Shown piece after piece: positions 18,471 to 28,791 of a stretch of DNA of 64,000 bases (position 1 is its first letter; every line of letters starts with the position of its first letter). The stretch is from Actinomycetota bacterium (GTDB taxonomy: Bacteria > Actinomycetota > Acidimicrobiia > Actinomarinales > Actinomarinaceae), in assembly GCA_014239265.1 (NCBI GenBank), contig JAAZZH010000004.1:11078-75077 (forward strand), given 5' to 3'. The translations under genes and the position numbers were made by a program. A model generated the notes under the pieces. It was not told the DNA's origin and did not search any database. It was given only the letters and a program-made list of their open reading frames with translations.

Positions 18471-19690
18471 GTGAATTTGAAGATATTAAAAAAGACTTTC
18501 CTATTTTTAATCGTGAAGTTAATTCTAAAAAATTAACCTATCTTGACTCTGGGGCAACAGCACAAAAACCACAATCAGTTATTGATGCTATGAATAATGT
18601 TTACACTAATACGAATGCCAATGTCCACCGAGGAACTTATGTACTGTCTGCTGAAACAACACACCTTTACGAAGATGTTCGAAAAAAATGTAAGAAATTT
18701 TTAAATGCATATCACTCTGATGAAATCATTTTTACTAAAGGTGCAACTGAAGGGTTTAACTTACTAGCTAATTCTATTTCTAAAAAATTTCTCAAACCCG
18801 GAGATGAAATTTTACTTACTGAGATAGAACACCATGCAAATATCATCCCATGGCAAATGGTTGCAAGCCAATATGATTTACAAATTAAATACATAGCAGT
18901 GGATGAAAATTTTTCTATCGATTTAGAAGACCTTAAAGAAAAAATATCAAGCAAGACTAAGGTTGTTTCCATCACAGGTGAATCTAATCTTTCCGGGTTG
19001 CTTCCGGATATTAAATTAATTCGATCGCTTGTAAGAGAACATTCAGACGCATTATTTATACTTGATGGGGCTCAACTCGTTCCTCATAGAAAAGTTGATG
19101 TTCAAGCCTTAGGAATTGATTTTATAATATTCTCTGGTCACAAATTATTGGGACCCACAGGGATAGGGGTTGTTTGGGGAAGATTAGATTTATTAAATCA
19201 GCTTGGACCTGTTTCAGGTGGTGGAGATATGATTGAAGAGGTTTACTATGATCGCGCTACATGGGCACCGGTACCGCATAAATTTGAAGCTGGAACCCCT
19301 CCTTATGTAGAGGCAATTGGATTAGGTGCAGCAATTGACTACCTAGAAAATATCACAATGGAAAAAGTATCACAGCATTCAGACACACTCAGAGAATATG
19401 CTCAAGAAATATTTACAGACATTGATAGGGTTAATGTAATTCATACAAATGAAGAGTTTGCTGGCTGCACATTTAGTATGTATGTTGATCAAATACACGC
19501 AACCGATATTTCATTGATGCTAGACACATACGGAGTAGCTGTAAGAGCGGGTCATCACTGTGTACAGCCTTTCCACAGAAAATTAGGCATAGATGCAACC
19601 TTCAGAGCAACAGGGTACATTTACAATGATGAAAATGATCTTGATATTTTTAAAGATGCCCTTCTCGGCAGTATTGAAATGTTAGGTTAA
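18467..19690 (+). CDS. sufS: Cysteine desulfurase, SufS (group II)
   Basis: HHANIIPW, PLP-lysine block FSGHKLLGPTGIG, and active-site RAGHHCVQP. 4-nt overlap with sufC. Confidence 0.9.
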   Translation: MSEFEDIKKDFPIFNREVNSKKLTYLDSGATAQKPQSVIDAMNNVYTNTNANVHRGTYVLSAETTHLYEDVRKKCKKFLNAYHSDEIIFTKGATEGFNLLANSISKKFLKPGDEILLTEIEHHANIIPWQMVASQYDLQIKYIAVDENFSIDLEDLKEKISSKTKVVSITGESNLSGLLPDIKLIRSLVREHSDALFILDGAQLVPHRKVDVQALGIDFIIFSGHKLLGPTGIGVVWGRLDLLNQLGPVSGGGDMIEEVYYDRATWAPVPHKFEAGTPPYVEAIGLGAAIDYLENITMEKVSQHSDTLREYAQEIFTDIDRVNVIHTNEEFAGCTFSMYVDQIHATDISLMLDTYGVAVRAGHHCVQPFHRKLGIDATFRATGYIYNDENDLDIFKDALLGSIEMLG

Positions 19691-19693
19691 TTA

Positions 19694-20110
19694 ATGGCTA
19701 TTGATCAAAAAGTACAAGATTATAAAAAAATGTTGGATTTATTTCCAAATGCACAAGAGAAATATCAATATTTAATTGAACAAGCAAAAGATAATACTAA
19801 TTTTCCCGAAGAGCTTAGAAATGATCATTTCAAAGTTAGTGGATGTCAAAGCCAAGTATGGTTAATTCCTGAAGAAAAAGATGAAAAAGTATATTTTATG
19901 AGCGACTCTGATGCACTCATTGCAAAAGGACTAGTAACGCTCATTGCATCAATTTATTCAGATGAAACACCAGAAGATATAATCAATTCAGAAATAGATT
20001 TAATGGAAGAGTTTGAACTTGGGGTAATTTTAAGCCCAGCTAGAAGAAATGGTGCTTTTAATATGTTAAAAATGATTAAAGATTACGCGGTAAAACTCAA
20101 AAAAGCTTAA
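19694..20110 (+). CDS. sufE: Sulfur acceptor SufE
   Basis: 138 aa with the conserved persulfide-Cys block FKVSGCQSQVWL. Directly follows sufS. Confidence 0.85.
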   Translation: MAIDQKVQDYKKMLDLFPNAQEKYQYLIEQAKDNTNFPEELRNDHFKVSGCQSQVWLIPEEKDEKVYFMSDSDALIAKGLVTLIASIYSDETPEDIINSEIDLMEEFELGVILSPARRNGAFNMLKMIKDYAVKLKKA

Positions 20111-20112
20111 AT

Positions 20113-20598
20113 TTATATCCACCAATTTTCATGAGCGAACTCTATCCACACTGGATTAGTGAATTTTGCAACTTCTTTAACAAAGTAATGCGGTTCAAAT
20201 TCACTTTCGTTGTTCCACCAAAGTGACATAAATCTAACATCACATTCGTGATTAATATTTTCTTTTATATATGTAGAGAGCTTTTCGAATGTTTCTCCAC
20301 TGTCACAAATATCATCAACGATAAGTATTTTTTTATCAGATGGCCTTGGGAGATAATTTTCCCAATGTGGAAAATCTCTTGTTGAAGCATGAACAGGTTT
20401 AAATGGGACATTTAATTTATGAGACATCATGACACCTGGAATAAGGCCACCCCTACTAATTCCAACAATTACATCTGGTTGGAATTCATCTTTTTCTAGT
20501 TGTTCGCAAACTAAGCCTGTATCTTTAAATTGTTCATCCCAAGTGTAATTTAGTTTTTCCATATGATGAATAATTCTATCAAATTTAGAATCCATCAC
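20113..20598 (-). CDS. Type I phosphoribosyltransferase, purine (xanthine/guanine)-PRT-like
   Basis: PRPP-binding loop KILIVDDICDSGETF. 161 aa with a Trp-rich C-terminus, as in gpt-like enzymes. Substrate not determinable by eye. Confidence 0.65.
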   Translation of the reverse strand: MMDSKFDRIIHHMEKLNYTWDEQFKDTGLVCEQLEKDEFQPDVIVGISRGGLIPGVMMSHKLNVPFKPVHASTRDFPHWENYLPRPSDKKILIVDDICDSGETFEKLSTYIKENINHECDVRFMSLWWNNESEFEPHYFVKEVAKFTNPVWIEFAHENWWI

Positions 20599-20684
20599 GA
20601 CAATTATTTGAATAAATATTTACCTCTAAAATTAATTCGTTAGTTGTGGTTCGTTTATAATGAGCTCATGAAAAGGAGGTAAGG

Positions 20685-21692
20685 ATGCATAAAAGATGGG
20701 CGGTAGGTCTAATCTTAATCAGTATTCTTACTATGGCATGCGGTGGAGCCGCATCCGTAGACGAATATAAAGCTGCATTTGTGTATGTAGGTCCAACTGA
20801 CGATGGTGGTTGGTCTCAAGCACATGATGTAGGTCGACAATATCTAGTAGAACAAACTGGTATTCAAACAGAGTACACAGCTCTAGTACCAGAAGATGCT
20901 ACAGAATTCAGAACAGTTGCAGAAGCATATATTGAACAAGGTTACAATATTATCTTTGGAACTACTTTTGGGTATATAGATGCAATGGCGGAAATGGCAG
21001 AGGAATATCCAGATGTTATTTTCCTACACTGTTCAGGTTATCTAAATAACGATACGAACTTTGCAAATTATTTTGGGAAGATGTATCAACCTAGATATCT
21101 CTCTGGTTTAGCTGCAGGAGCGATGACTGATTCAAATAAAATTGGTTATGTTGCGGCTTTCCCAATACCGGAAGTAATTAGAGGAATTAATGCTTTTGCT
21201 GCAGGTGTAAATGAGGTAAACCCTGAAGCTACTGTTGAAGTGGTTTGGACATTCACCTGGTTTGGTCCAGAAGCAGAAACGCAAGCTGCAAATGCTTTAC
21301 TTGAAAAAGGTGCAGATGTTCTTGCGCAACATCAAGACTCCACAGCAACCGGATTAGCTGCAGAAGCTGCTGGTGCAAAATGGATATCTTACAATACTGC
21401 CTACGGACAAGACTCTGCTCCGGAAGCTTTTGTGACAGCTCCAGTCTGGGATTGGGGTCCATATTATGTAAATATTGTTGAACAGATAATAGATGGGACT
21501 TTCACAACTGAAAGTTACTGGGGAGGCATGGAAACTGGTTTAGTTTCTCTATATGACTTATCTTCAGATGTTCCATCTGATATAGCAACATTAATTGCAG
21601 AAAAAACTGAAGCTATTATCGATGGCACTTTAGAAGTCGAAATAGTTGAAGAAGAATTTATTAGTAACGTTATCGGAACAGTTAATCCGTAA
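20685..21692 (+). CDS. BMP/PnrA-family ABC substrate-binding lipoprotein (nucleoside-type)
   Basis: Strong SD (AAAGGAGG) and lipobox LTMACGG. BMP-family opening ..AAFVYVGPTDDGGWSQAHD... An ABC ATPase and two permeases of the same class follow. Confidence 0.8.
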   Translation: MHKRWAVGLILISILTMACGGAASVDEYKAAFVYVGPTDDGGWSQAHDVGRQYLVEQTGIQTEYTALVPEDATEFRTVAEAYIEQGYNIIFGTTFGYIDAMAEMAEEYPDVIFLHCSGYLNNDTNFANYFGKMYQPRYLSGLAAGAMTDSNKIGYVAAFPIPEVIRGINAFAAGVNEVNPEATVEVVWTFTWFGPEAETQAANALLEKGADVLAQHQDSTATGLAAEAAGAKWISYNTAYGQDSAPEAFVTAPVWDWGPYYVNIVEQIIDGTFTTESYWGGMETGLVSLYDLSSDVPSDIATLIAEKTEAIIDGTLEVEIVEEEFISNVIGTVNP

Positions 21693-21704
21693 CTTAGACT
21701 TTTT

Positions 21705-21736
21705 ACAATGTCCTGATCTTTCGATTAGGACATTGT
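21705..21736 (+). terminator. Intercistronic stem-loop after the binding-protein gene (14-bp stem, loop TTTC; no clear U-tract)
   Basis: ACAATGTCCTGATC-TTTC-GATTAGGACATTGT. All 14 positions pair in RNA, one of them as G.U. It lies 13 nt after the stop and 14 nt before the next ATG. Confidence 0.5.
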
Positions 21737-21749
21737 AATAATTTAATAA

Positions 21750-23246
21750 ATGAACCAAATTATTCTAGAAGCTAAAAATATATCAAAATCCTTTGGGAAA
21801 ACCCAGGCATTAAAGAACGTTGATTTTTATTTAAATAAAGCACAAATACATGGTTTACTTGGTGAAAATGGAGCTGGTAAGTCATCTCTGATGAACATTT
21901 TATCTGGAATCTATCAACCAGAAACTGGCTCTATTTACATTGAAGGTAAAAAAATTAAAAAACTAAATCCTGATCTTGCTGCAAGATTTGGAATAGGTAT
22001 GGTTCATCAAGAATTTAGATTAATTAACAACTTTAGTATCAAAGATAATTTGACATTATCAAGATCTAATATCTATAAAGATAATTTTGAAGAAGCATTT
22101 GAAAAATACTCAGATATTTTCTCACTATCTGCTGAGTCAAAAACTCTTATAAATGAACTTTCAGTGGGAGAAAAGCAGAAAATAGAAATTATGAAACTTA
22201 TTTTTAATAACAACAACATTATGTTGTTAGATGAGCCAACTGCAGTACTCACACCACAAGAAACAAATCAACTAAAAATATCACTTAAAAAACTTTCAAG
22301 TGAAGACAATAAAACTATTGTCTTAATCACACATAAATTAAAAGAGATTCAGGAATTCACTGAATCAATTTTTGTATTAAAGGATGGAGTGATGGTTGCA
22401 AAAGATTTAAAAACACAAAGCGTTACAAAAAATGACTTGATCACCCTCATGATGGGAGAAATTAAGATATCTAAAGTACGAAAAGATAATCTAAAAGGTA
22501 ACAATAAACTCGAAGTTAAAAATATTTTTTTTGAAAATAATCATTCAAACGTACCAACTTTAGAGAACATATCTCTAACAGTTCAGTCAGGAGAGGTTTT
22601 AGGAATAGCAGGAGTTTCTGGTAATGGACAAGTTGAACTCGCCAACATAATATCGGGAATAGAAAGAGAGTATAAAGGAAAAGTTATAGTTAATGGTAAA
22701 AATATCTCCAATCAGGGTGTAAGGGCGAGAAAAAATTTAAATTTATCATATATTCCTGAAAATAGACTTGGAGTAGGTCTTGCACCTGGGGTCTCCATAA
22801 TCGATAATTCTGCTGTAAAAGATTATTTTAAATCAAGACTTGGACCTCATTTATCAAGCAATAAAATGCTAGATTATTTAAATTTACTTATAAAACAATT
22901 TTCCATAAAAGCTCCTGATCCAAAAGCTGAAGTTTCTACTCTTTCTGGCGGTAACATGCAGAAATTACTCATGGGAAGAGAATTAATTTCAAATCCGGAA
23001 GTAATTATTGCTGCACAGCCAACTAGAGGTCTGGATGTAAGTGCCGTTGAGGCCTTACATGAACTTATCATCAAACAGAGAGATAATGGAGCTGCTGTAA
23101 TGTTAGTTTCAGAGGATTTGGATGAATTGTTCAAATTAAGTGATAGGATAATCGTTTTATATGAAGGACAAATAGTGAGAGAGTTCAAAATAGATGAGGC
23201 TGACATTGAAAGCGTTGGTTTAGCTATGGCAGGCTCTATTGAATAA
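21750..23246 (+). CDS. ABC transporter ATP-binding protein, duplicated ATPase (sugar/nucleoside class)
   Basis: Two Walker A sites (GENGAGKSS, GVSGNGQVE) and two signature motifs (LSVGEKQ, LSGGNMQK). Confidence 0.9.
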   Translation: MNQIILEAKNISKSFGKTQALKNVDFYLNKAQIHGLLGENGAGKSSLMNILSGIYQPETGSIYIEGKKIKKLNPDLAARFGIGMVHQEFRLINNFSIKDNLTLSRSNIYKDNFEEAFEKYSDIFSLSAESKTLINELSVGEKQKIEIMKLIFNNNNIMLLDEPTAVLTPQETNQLKISLKKLSSEDNKTIVLITHKLKEIQEFTESIFVLKDGVMVAKDLKTQSVTKNDLITLMMGEIKISKVRKDNLKGNNKLEVKNIFFENNHSNVPTLENISLTVQSGEVLGIAGVSGNGQVELANIISGIEREYKGKVIVNGKNISNQGVRARKNLNLSYIPENRLGVGLAPGVSIIDNSAVKDYFKSRLGPHLSSNKMLDYLNLLIKQFSIKAPDPKAEVSTLSGGNMQKLLMGRELISNPEVIIAAQPTRGLDVSAVEALHELIIKQRDNGAAVMLVSEDLDELFKLSDRIIVLYEGQIVREFKIDEADIESVGLAMAGSIE

Positions 23247-24300
23247 ATATCTAATCTCAAAGAAAATTGTTACTAATGACTTATCAACATTTTATTCTTT
23301 TTTGATAGGACTTTCTGTTGGTATAACTATTGGTTCAATAATTCTCTTGGTCCAGGGCCAAAATCCTATAGAAGTTTTCTCGCTTATGCTACGACTGTCA
23401 GTTGGTAGCATAAAGAGCATCAGCTCCTCACTTAATAAGGCCACTCCGTTAATACTTGCTGGGCTCGGAATCTCTATAATTAATTCAGTAAAATTATGGA
23501 ACATTGGCGCTGAAGGTCAAATATTTATGGGGGGAATAGCTTTAAATTTCATGTACATAAGCTTTGAAATTTCAAATTCAAAATTGTCAATAATTCTTCT
23601 TCTGCTTTCAGCATTTATAGGTGGTTCAATATGTATACTGCTTCCTGCTGCAGCGAAGGTTCTATTTGGAGTAAATGAAATAATTACTACGTTACTCTTC
23701 AACTACATCATTATTGGCTTTACTGTCTACCTTGTAAATGGCCCTTGGAAAGATCCTAACTCTTTAAACTTTCCTGCAGCTACATATGTTGGGAAAGAAG
23801 TATATTTACCTACAGTTTTTGGAAGATTGAGCTATGGATTTATTATCTGTATCTTGTGTACAGCTGGTGTGTACTACCTTAAAGAAAAATCAGTTTTTGG
23901 TTATGAACTGCGTATATCAGGTGGTTCAGCATTAACTGCAATTTATGCAGGTATTAACGCAAAACAGAAAGCATTTATAGCTATGTTAATTGGTGGTGGC
24001 TTGGCTGGTTTAGCTGGAGGAGTTGAATTACTAAGTCAGACTCATAGAGTCTCAACTGGATTATCACAAGGATTTGGTTATACCGCTATTATTGTCGCAG
24101 CCATAACTGGAATGAGACCATTAGGTATTTTTTTAGTCGGATCTCTATTTGGAGCCTTAACTATTGGAGGGACCGTCATACAAACTATGGGGGTTAGCAG
24201 TTATATTGCAGATGTTATCCAGGCCACAACGTTATTTGGAGCACTTATCTCTCAATTCTTTTTTACCTATAAAATAATGAAAGTTTCGGAAGATGTTTGA
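23239..24300 (+). CDS. ABC transporter permease (BPD type 2)
   Basis: 353-aa polytopic protein that overlaps the ATPase gene by 8 nt. Typical partner of BMP systems. Confidence 0.8.
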   Translation: MNKYLISKKIVTNDLSTFYSFLIGLSVGITIGSIILLVQGQNPIEVFSLMLRLSVGSIKSISSSLNKATPLILAGLGISIINSVKLWNIGAEGQIFMGGIALNFMYISFEISNSKLSIILLLLSAFIGGSICILLPAAAKVLFGVNEIITTLLFNYIIIGFTVYLVNGPWKDPNSLNFPAATYVGKEVYLPTVFGRLSYGFIICILCTAGVYYLKEKSVFGYELRISGGSALTAIYAGINAKQKAFIAMLIGGGLAGLAGGVELLSQTHRVSTGLSQGFGYTAIIVAAITGMRPLGIFLVGSLFGALTIGGTVIQTMGVSSYIADVIQATTLFGALISQFFFTYKIMKVSEDV

Positions 24301-25216
24301 TATTCAATTAATGGGCCTTCTAAATGCTACTCTGCAAGCAGGAACTTTGCTCTTCATTGCAGCTCTTGGAGAGTTAATAACAGAAAAATCAGGAATTCTC
24401 AACCTTGGAGTTGAAGGGATGATTTCAGTTGGTGCAGTAAGCGGTTTTATGGTTGCAGTAAATACTGGAAATTTATTTCTTTCAGTATTGATCGGAATCT
24501 TTTCTGCTGCCTTATTTTCATCCTTACACGCTTTTGTAACGGTTATCTTAAAACAAGACCAAACTGTTTCTGGGTTGATCTTGACAATATTAGGACTTTC
24601 TTTATCTGCCCTAATGGGGAAGAAGTATGTAGGTAAAAAATTGCCTGTAAAAATAGAAAGTCTTGTAGACATTGACGAACCAAGCAACATTTATGAAGTT
24701 TTAATAAGCCAAAATTATATTTTCTATTTGGCCATTTTTCTTATGGTTGCCACATCATTCATTCTTAAAAAAACTATGTTTGGGAGGAGACTTGAAGCTG
24801 TTGGCGAAGACTCGAGAGCAGCTGACTCAATGGGTTTAAATGTAAATAAAACACAATTTATTGCAACTTGTGTCGGAGGTGGATTTTCAGGTTTAGCAGG
24901 TGTTTATCTTACATTAAGTTACGTACCATATTGGACTGACAATATGACTTCAGGTCGTGGATGGATTGCTTTAGCATTAGTCATTTTTGGAGGTTGGAAA
25001 CCCTATAGAACAGCCATTGGTGCCGTATTGTTTGGATTTCTTGAGGCTTTAGTTCCTAGATTGCAGACTTATGGGTTTGAATTAAGTCCATATCTTGTCA
25101 AAATTACTCCTTATGCAATCACAATTATAATTCTCGTCGTCCTAACTATATACAAAGGTGGTCGCACTGGAGCACCTAACAATATTGGTATTCCATTTTT
25201 TAGAGAGAATAGATAA
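24293..25216 (+). CDS. ABC transporter permease (BPD type 2)
   Basis: 307-aa polytopic protein with an 8-nt overlap with the preceding permease. Confidence 0.8.
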   Translation: MFDIQLMGLLNATLQAGTLLFIAALGELITEKSGILNLGVEGMISVGAVSGFMVAVNTGNLFLSVLIGIFSAALFSSLHAFVTVILKQDQTVSGLILTILGLSLSALMGKKYVGKKLPVKIESLVDIDEPSNIYEVLISQNYIFYLAIFLMVATSFILKKTMFGRRLEAVGEDSRAADSMGLNVNKTQFIATCVGGGFSGLAGVYLTLSYVPYWTDNMTSGRGWIALALVIFGGWKPYRTAIGAVLFGFLEALVPRLQTYGFELSPYLVKITPYAITIIILVVLTIYKGGRTGAPNNIGIPFFRENR

Positions 25217-25291
25217 CTAAGCATTTACTTCTTAAATTTGTTACTATAAAGATGACTTTAAATGATACCTGTGAGTATCGAAAGGAATGTC

Positions 25292-25768
25292 ATGGACATA
25301 AACAAAACTCTTTATAGAGTCAGTAAAGAAATTATAGAAACAGATATTGTTAACCCTCTTTTAATTGGCATTCCAAGAAGAGGTGATCATTTAGCTAAAA
25401 GAATATCTAGTAATCTTGATAGCTTTAACTATTCTCATGATTTAGATACCGTGAACTATAAGCCTTTTAGAGATGACCTTGAAAATGAAGGCGATAAATC
25501 TTCCTTAACTATAAACCCTACAGGTCGGGATGTTGTACTTATTGATGATGTAGTTTTTACCGGGAGGACCCTAAGAGCTTCTTTGGAAGCTGTTATCTTC
25601 TCTGGAAGAGCAAAATCAATTTCTGTAGCCTGTTTGATAGATAGAGGTCACAGGGAACTTCCTATCTCTCCAAAGTTTATCGGCAAAAATATACCCACTA
25701 GTGAAAGTGAATATGTTTCTGTTTACTTAGAAGAAGTTGACGGAAAAGATGAAGTCGTAGTAAGTTAA
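25292..25768 (+). CDS. pyrR: PyrR, pyrimidine operon regulator / uracil phosphoribosyltransferase
   Basis: PRPP loop VVLIDDVVFTGRTLRA and ..IDRGHRELPI.., typical of PyrR. I prefer start MDINK.. (track ORF begins at 25262). Confidence 0.8.
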   Translation: MDINKTLYRVSKEIIETDIVNPLLIGIPRRGDHLAKRISSNLDSFNYSHDLDTVNYKPFRDDLENEGDKSSLTINPTGRDVVLIDDVVFTGRTLRASLEAVIFSGRAKSISVACLIDRGHRELPISPKFIGKNIPTSESEYVSVYLEEVDGKDEVVVS

Positions 25769-26646
25769 TGAATCACTTACTAGATTTTAAAAACATTAAT
25801 GAAACTAAAGCTTTAACAATTCTTGAAACAACATTAAAAATCCAAAACGGTGAAAAATATAATATAAACGGACATTCAGTCATAAAATTTGATGAACCAT
25901 CGACTAGAACCAAAATCTCTTTTACAATAGCGGCACAAAAACTTGGCCTAGACTTGATCTTGTTAGATGACATTACATCTTCTAAAACTAAAGGAGAATC
26001 ACTGGATCATGAAATTCAAACACTTCTTTCGCTTGGAGTAGAATCACTTGTTATACGTACAAGTAAAAATAATATTGAAGAATATAGAAATTTCAAAAAC
26101 ATTGCGATTATAAGTGCAGGTTTTGGTAAAAGTTCACATCCAACACAATCAATTCTAGATGTAGCGACATTATTGAAGTATAAAAAGTTAGATGTTGATA
26201 TTCCAATAGTTTTTATTGGAGATGTTAAACATTCACGGGTATATTCGTCCACTAAAGAACTACTTAATTTACTTGGGTTTAAAGTTGGAATCTTTACTTC
26301 CGAATTTTTTATGCCTCAGGAAATAGATGGATGTTACATCTTTAGTGATTGGGAGGAAGTAATCTCTTCAAAATCAACTATTAATCTCCTTCGAGTTCAA
26401 AGTGAAAGAATTGATAATATAGAGGATTATGACCTAAATGAATACATACAGTCGTACCAACTAACAAGTAAAATAATAGATAGAACTTCGTCTGACTTTA
26501 TGTTCCTGCATCCCATGCCAATGAATATTGGGGTTGAAATTTCTAAAGAAGCGTCTGAAAATATTAAATTTAAATATATTGAGCAGCTTGCCCTTGGTGT
26601 TCCCGCAAGAATAGCAAGTTTCTTGTATGCTTTAGGAAAAATTTAA
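25768..26646 (+). CDS. pyrB: Aspartate carbamoyltransferase catalytic chain
   Basis: STRTKISF (STRTR motif), HPTQ and LHPMP blocks. 292 aa. Confidence 0.9.
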   Translation: MNHLLDFKNINETKALTILETTLKIQNGEKYNINGHSVIKFDEPSTRTKISFTIAAQKLGLDLILLDDITSSKTKGESLDHEIQTLLSLGVESLVIRTSKNNIEEYRNFKNIAIISAGFGKSSHPTQSILDVATLLKYKKLDVDIPIVFIGDVKHSRVYSSTKELLNLLGFKVGIFTSEFFMPQEIDGCYIFSDWEEVISSKSTINLLRVQSERIDNIEDYDLNEYIQSYQLTSKIIDRTSSDFMFLHPMPMNIGVEISKEASENIKFKYIEQLALGVPARIASFLYALGKI

Positions 26647-27701
26647 TGCAAATAAATAGTTTTTTAGATCTTCATACCCATACAAGATATCCTGGTAGCA
26701 AACTTATCAAACAAGAAGACATTGAACAGGCTGCTAAGAATGGGGGTTATAGTGAAATCCTTGCAATGCCTAATTCATCAAAGATAATAGACAATTTAGA
26801 GGTATTAGAGGAGGCTCGTAAACTAGACAGTTCTTTAAGTATAGAAGTTCATAGAACAGCATCACTTACTAAAGGACTGGCAGGACAAGAGCCTATTGAT
26901 TACAAGAAATTAACTGAACATGGTGTGTTTATATTTACTGATGATGGATTATCTGTCGTAGATGATAATCTAGCTGAGACTATTTTTAGATCTATAAAGG
27001 AAGTAGGGGCAGCAGTATTTCAACATTGTGAAAAAAGTTGTCATACGATGCCGGGTGATATTGCTCCCCCTAATGATAATTCTCATTTAAAGGCAATTCA
27101 CATATCCGAAGAGACAGAAATATTAAAAAGAGACCTGAAATTAGTTGAGAAATATGGAACTAGATACCACGCTCAACATCTCTCAACAATCGAAAGTGTG
27201 GAATTAATTAGAGAAGCAAAAATAAATAATCTTCCAGTAACAGCAGAAGTTACACCACATCATGTGCTTGTTAACAATGAAAATTTGGATACAAGTGATG
27301 GCAAGTATAAAATGTATCCACCAATCAGAACTGAAAATGATAGACTTGGACTAATTGCAGGTCTGAAAGATGGAACCATTGATGTAATTTCAACAGATCA
27401 TGCACCGCATCCAAAAAATGATAAAGTAGTAAATTTTAAAGAAGCTTCAAGAGGTGTAGTTGGATTAGAGTCTTCCTTTCCGATGCTTTACTCGTCAAAA
27501 ATATTTAACTTAGATGATTTAGTTATGTTCTTAGATATAAATCCAAGAAAAATACTTTCAGACATTGGTTACAAAATAAATCAAATGAGAACTTTTGAGT
27601 GGAAAATTTGTGATAAAGAATTTTATACAATTTCAGAACCAAAAAATTCATTATTTGAAGGCAATACAACATTAATTGAAACTAACGGTATTTATGTATA
27701 A
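26646..27701 (+). CDS. pyrC: Dihydroorotase (short form)
   Basis: DLHTHTR metal motif, MPNS.., ..TPHH.. and DHAPH. Only 351 aa. Position is between pyrB and carA. Confidence 0.75.
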   Translation: MQINSFLDLHTHTRYPGSKLIKQEDIEQAAKNGGYSEILAMPNSSKIIDNLEVLEEARKLDSSLSIEVHRTASLTKGLAGQEPIDYKKLTEHGVFIFTDDGLSVVDDNLAETIFRSIKEVGAAVFQHCEKSCHTMPGDIAPPNDNSHLKAIHISEETEILKRDLKLVEKYGTRYHAQHLSTIESVELIREAKINNLPVTAEVTPHHVLVNNENLDTSDGKYKMYPPIRTENDRLGLIAGLKDGTIDVISTDHAPHPKNDKVVNFKEASRGVVGLESSFPMLYSSKIFNLDDLVMFLDINPRKILSDIGYKINQMRTFEWKICDKEFYTISEPKNSLFEGNTTLIETNGIYV

Positions 27702-28791
27702 AAAAGCTTTATTAATAAATCAAGAAGGAAAAGAGTTTACAGGTTGGACAACAGAAGACTTTCATCCATCAACTGGAGAGCTTATATTTAATACTGCAAT
27801 GACTGGATTTGTTGAAATTTTAAGTGATCCTTCTTATGTGAATCAAATAATAACTTTCACTTCATCCCATATTGGGAATTATGGACTATCTAAAACTGAC
27901 TTTGAATCTGAAAGACCAAGAATCAATGGTGCGATTGGAACTAGTTTCACAACTAGCCCGTCATCATGGAGAGCTGAGCAATCAATAACTTCCTGGCTTA
28001 AAGAATATGAGATACCATATTCAGGGGGGTTTGATGTTAGGTCGATAACTTCTTACCTAAGGGATGAAGGTTCTAGTATGTTTGCATTTGGAACTGGCCT
28101 AAATTCTTCTGAACTAAAAGAATTACTTGAGAAATCAATAAATATTATCGGGGACAACTCAGCACTTACAGCTGGCAGAAATAAATATGATACGAATTCA
28201 ACAAGAAATAAAATAGGAATTTTAGACCTAGGAGCTAAACAAAGTATTGTCAGTGTAATTAAAAACTTTGGGTTTGAATGTGTATTTGTAGATCCAAAAA
28301 CCACTGCTCAAGACATTATCTCACTTGAATTAAGTGGCTTGATTATCTCAAACGGTCCCGGTGATCCGCGATCTTTAATCAATGTAGTCGACACAGTAAG
28401 AGAACTTATTGGGAAATTACCTTTATTTGGTATCTGCCTAGGACACCAAATCCTGAGTCTTGCGTGCGGATTAAGTGTAAAAAAACTTAATTTTGGTCAT
28501 CATGGTTCAAATCACCCGGTGATGGTAAGTGGCATTAAGAATGCTCTTATTACTTCACAGAACCATGGGTTCACAGTTGAATTCCCAGAAAATGAATTTG
28601 AGCATTCAAATTTTGGAAAGATTACTGAATATGCAGTAAACCTAAATGATAGGAGTAATGAAGGAATCTCTATATGGAAATCAAATGCTTACTCTGTACA
28701 ATTTCATCCTGAATCTGGTCCTGGAACAACTGATGGCTTAAAACTATTTGACCCTTTTTTCCAAATGTTAGGAAGTAAAGTTGGCAATTGA
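27694..28791 (+). CDS. carA: Carbamoyl-phosphate synthase small (glutaminase) subunit
   Basis: GICLGHQ nucleophile elbow and ..FHPE.. His/Glu block. Start MYKKALL.. is preferred over the track start 27676. Confidence 0.9.
   Translation: MYKKALLINQEGKEFTGWTTEDFHPSTGELIFNTAMTGFVEILSDPSYVNQIITFTSSHIGNYGLSKTDFESERPRINGAIGTSFTTSPSSWRAEQSITSWLKEYEIPYSGGFDVRSITSYLRDEGSSMFAFGTGLNSSELKELLEKSINIIGDNSALTAGRNKYDTNSTRNKIGILDLGAKQSIVSVIKNFGFECVFVDPKTTAQDIISLELSGLIISNGPGDPRSLINVVDTVRELIGKLPLFGICLGHQILSLACGLSVKKLNFGHHGSNHPVMVSGIKNALITSQNHGFTVEFPENEFEHSNFGKITEYAVNLNDRSNEGISIWKSNAYSVQFHPESGPGTTDGLKLFDPFFQMLGSKVGN

Noticed and set aside
25217-25291. Searched for a PyrR-binding attenuator upstream of pyrR/pyrB
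   Set aside because: No match to the ..UCCAGAGAGG.. binding loop. Only a weak 5-bp hairpin (GATAC-CTGTGA-GTATC) is present, there is no terminator/antiterminator pair, and there is no spacer at all between pyrR and pyrB.
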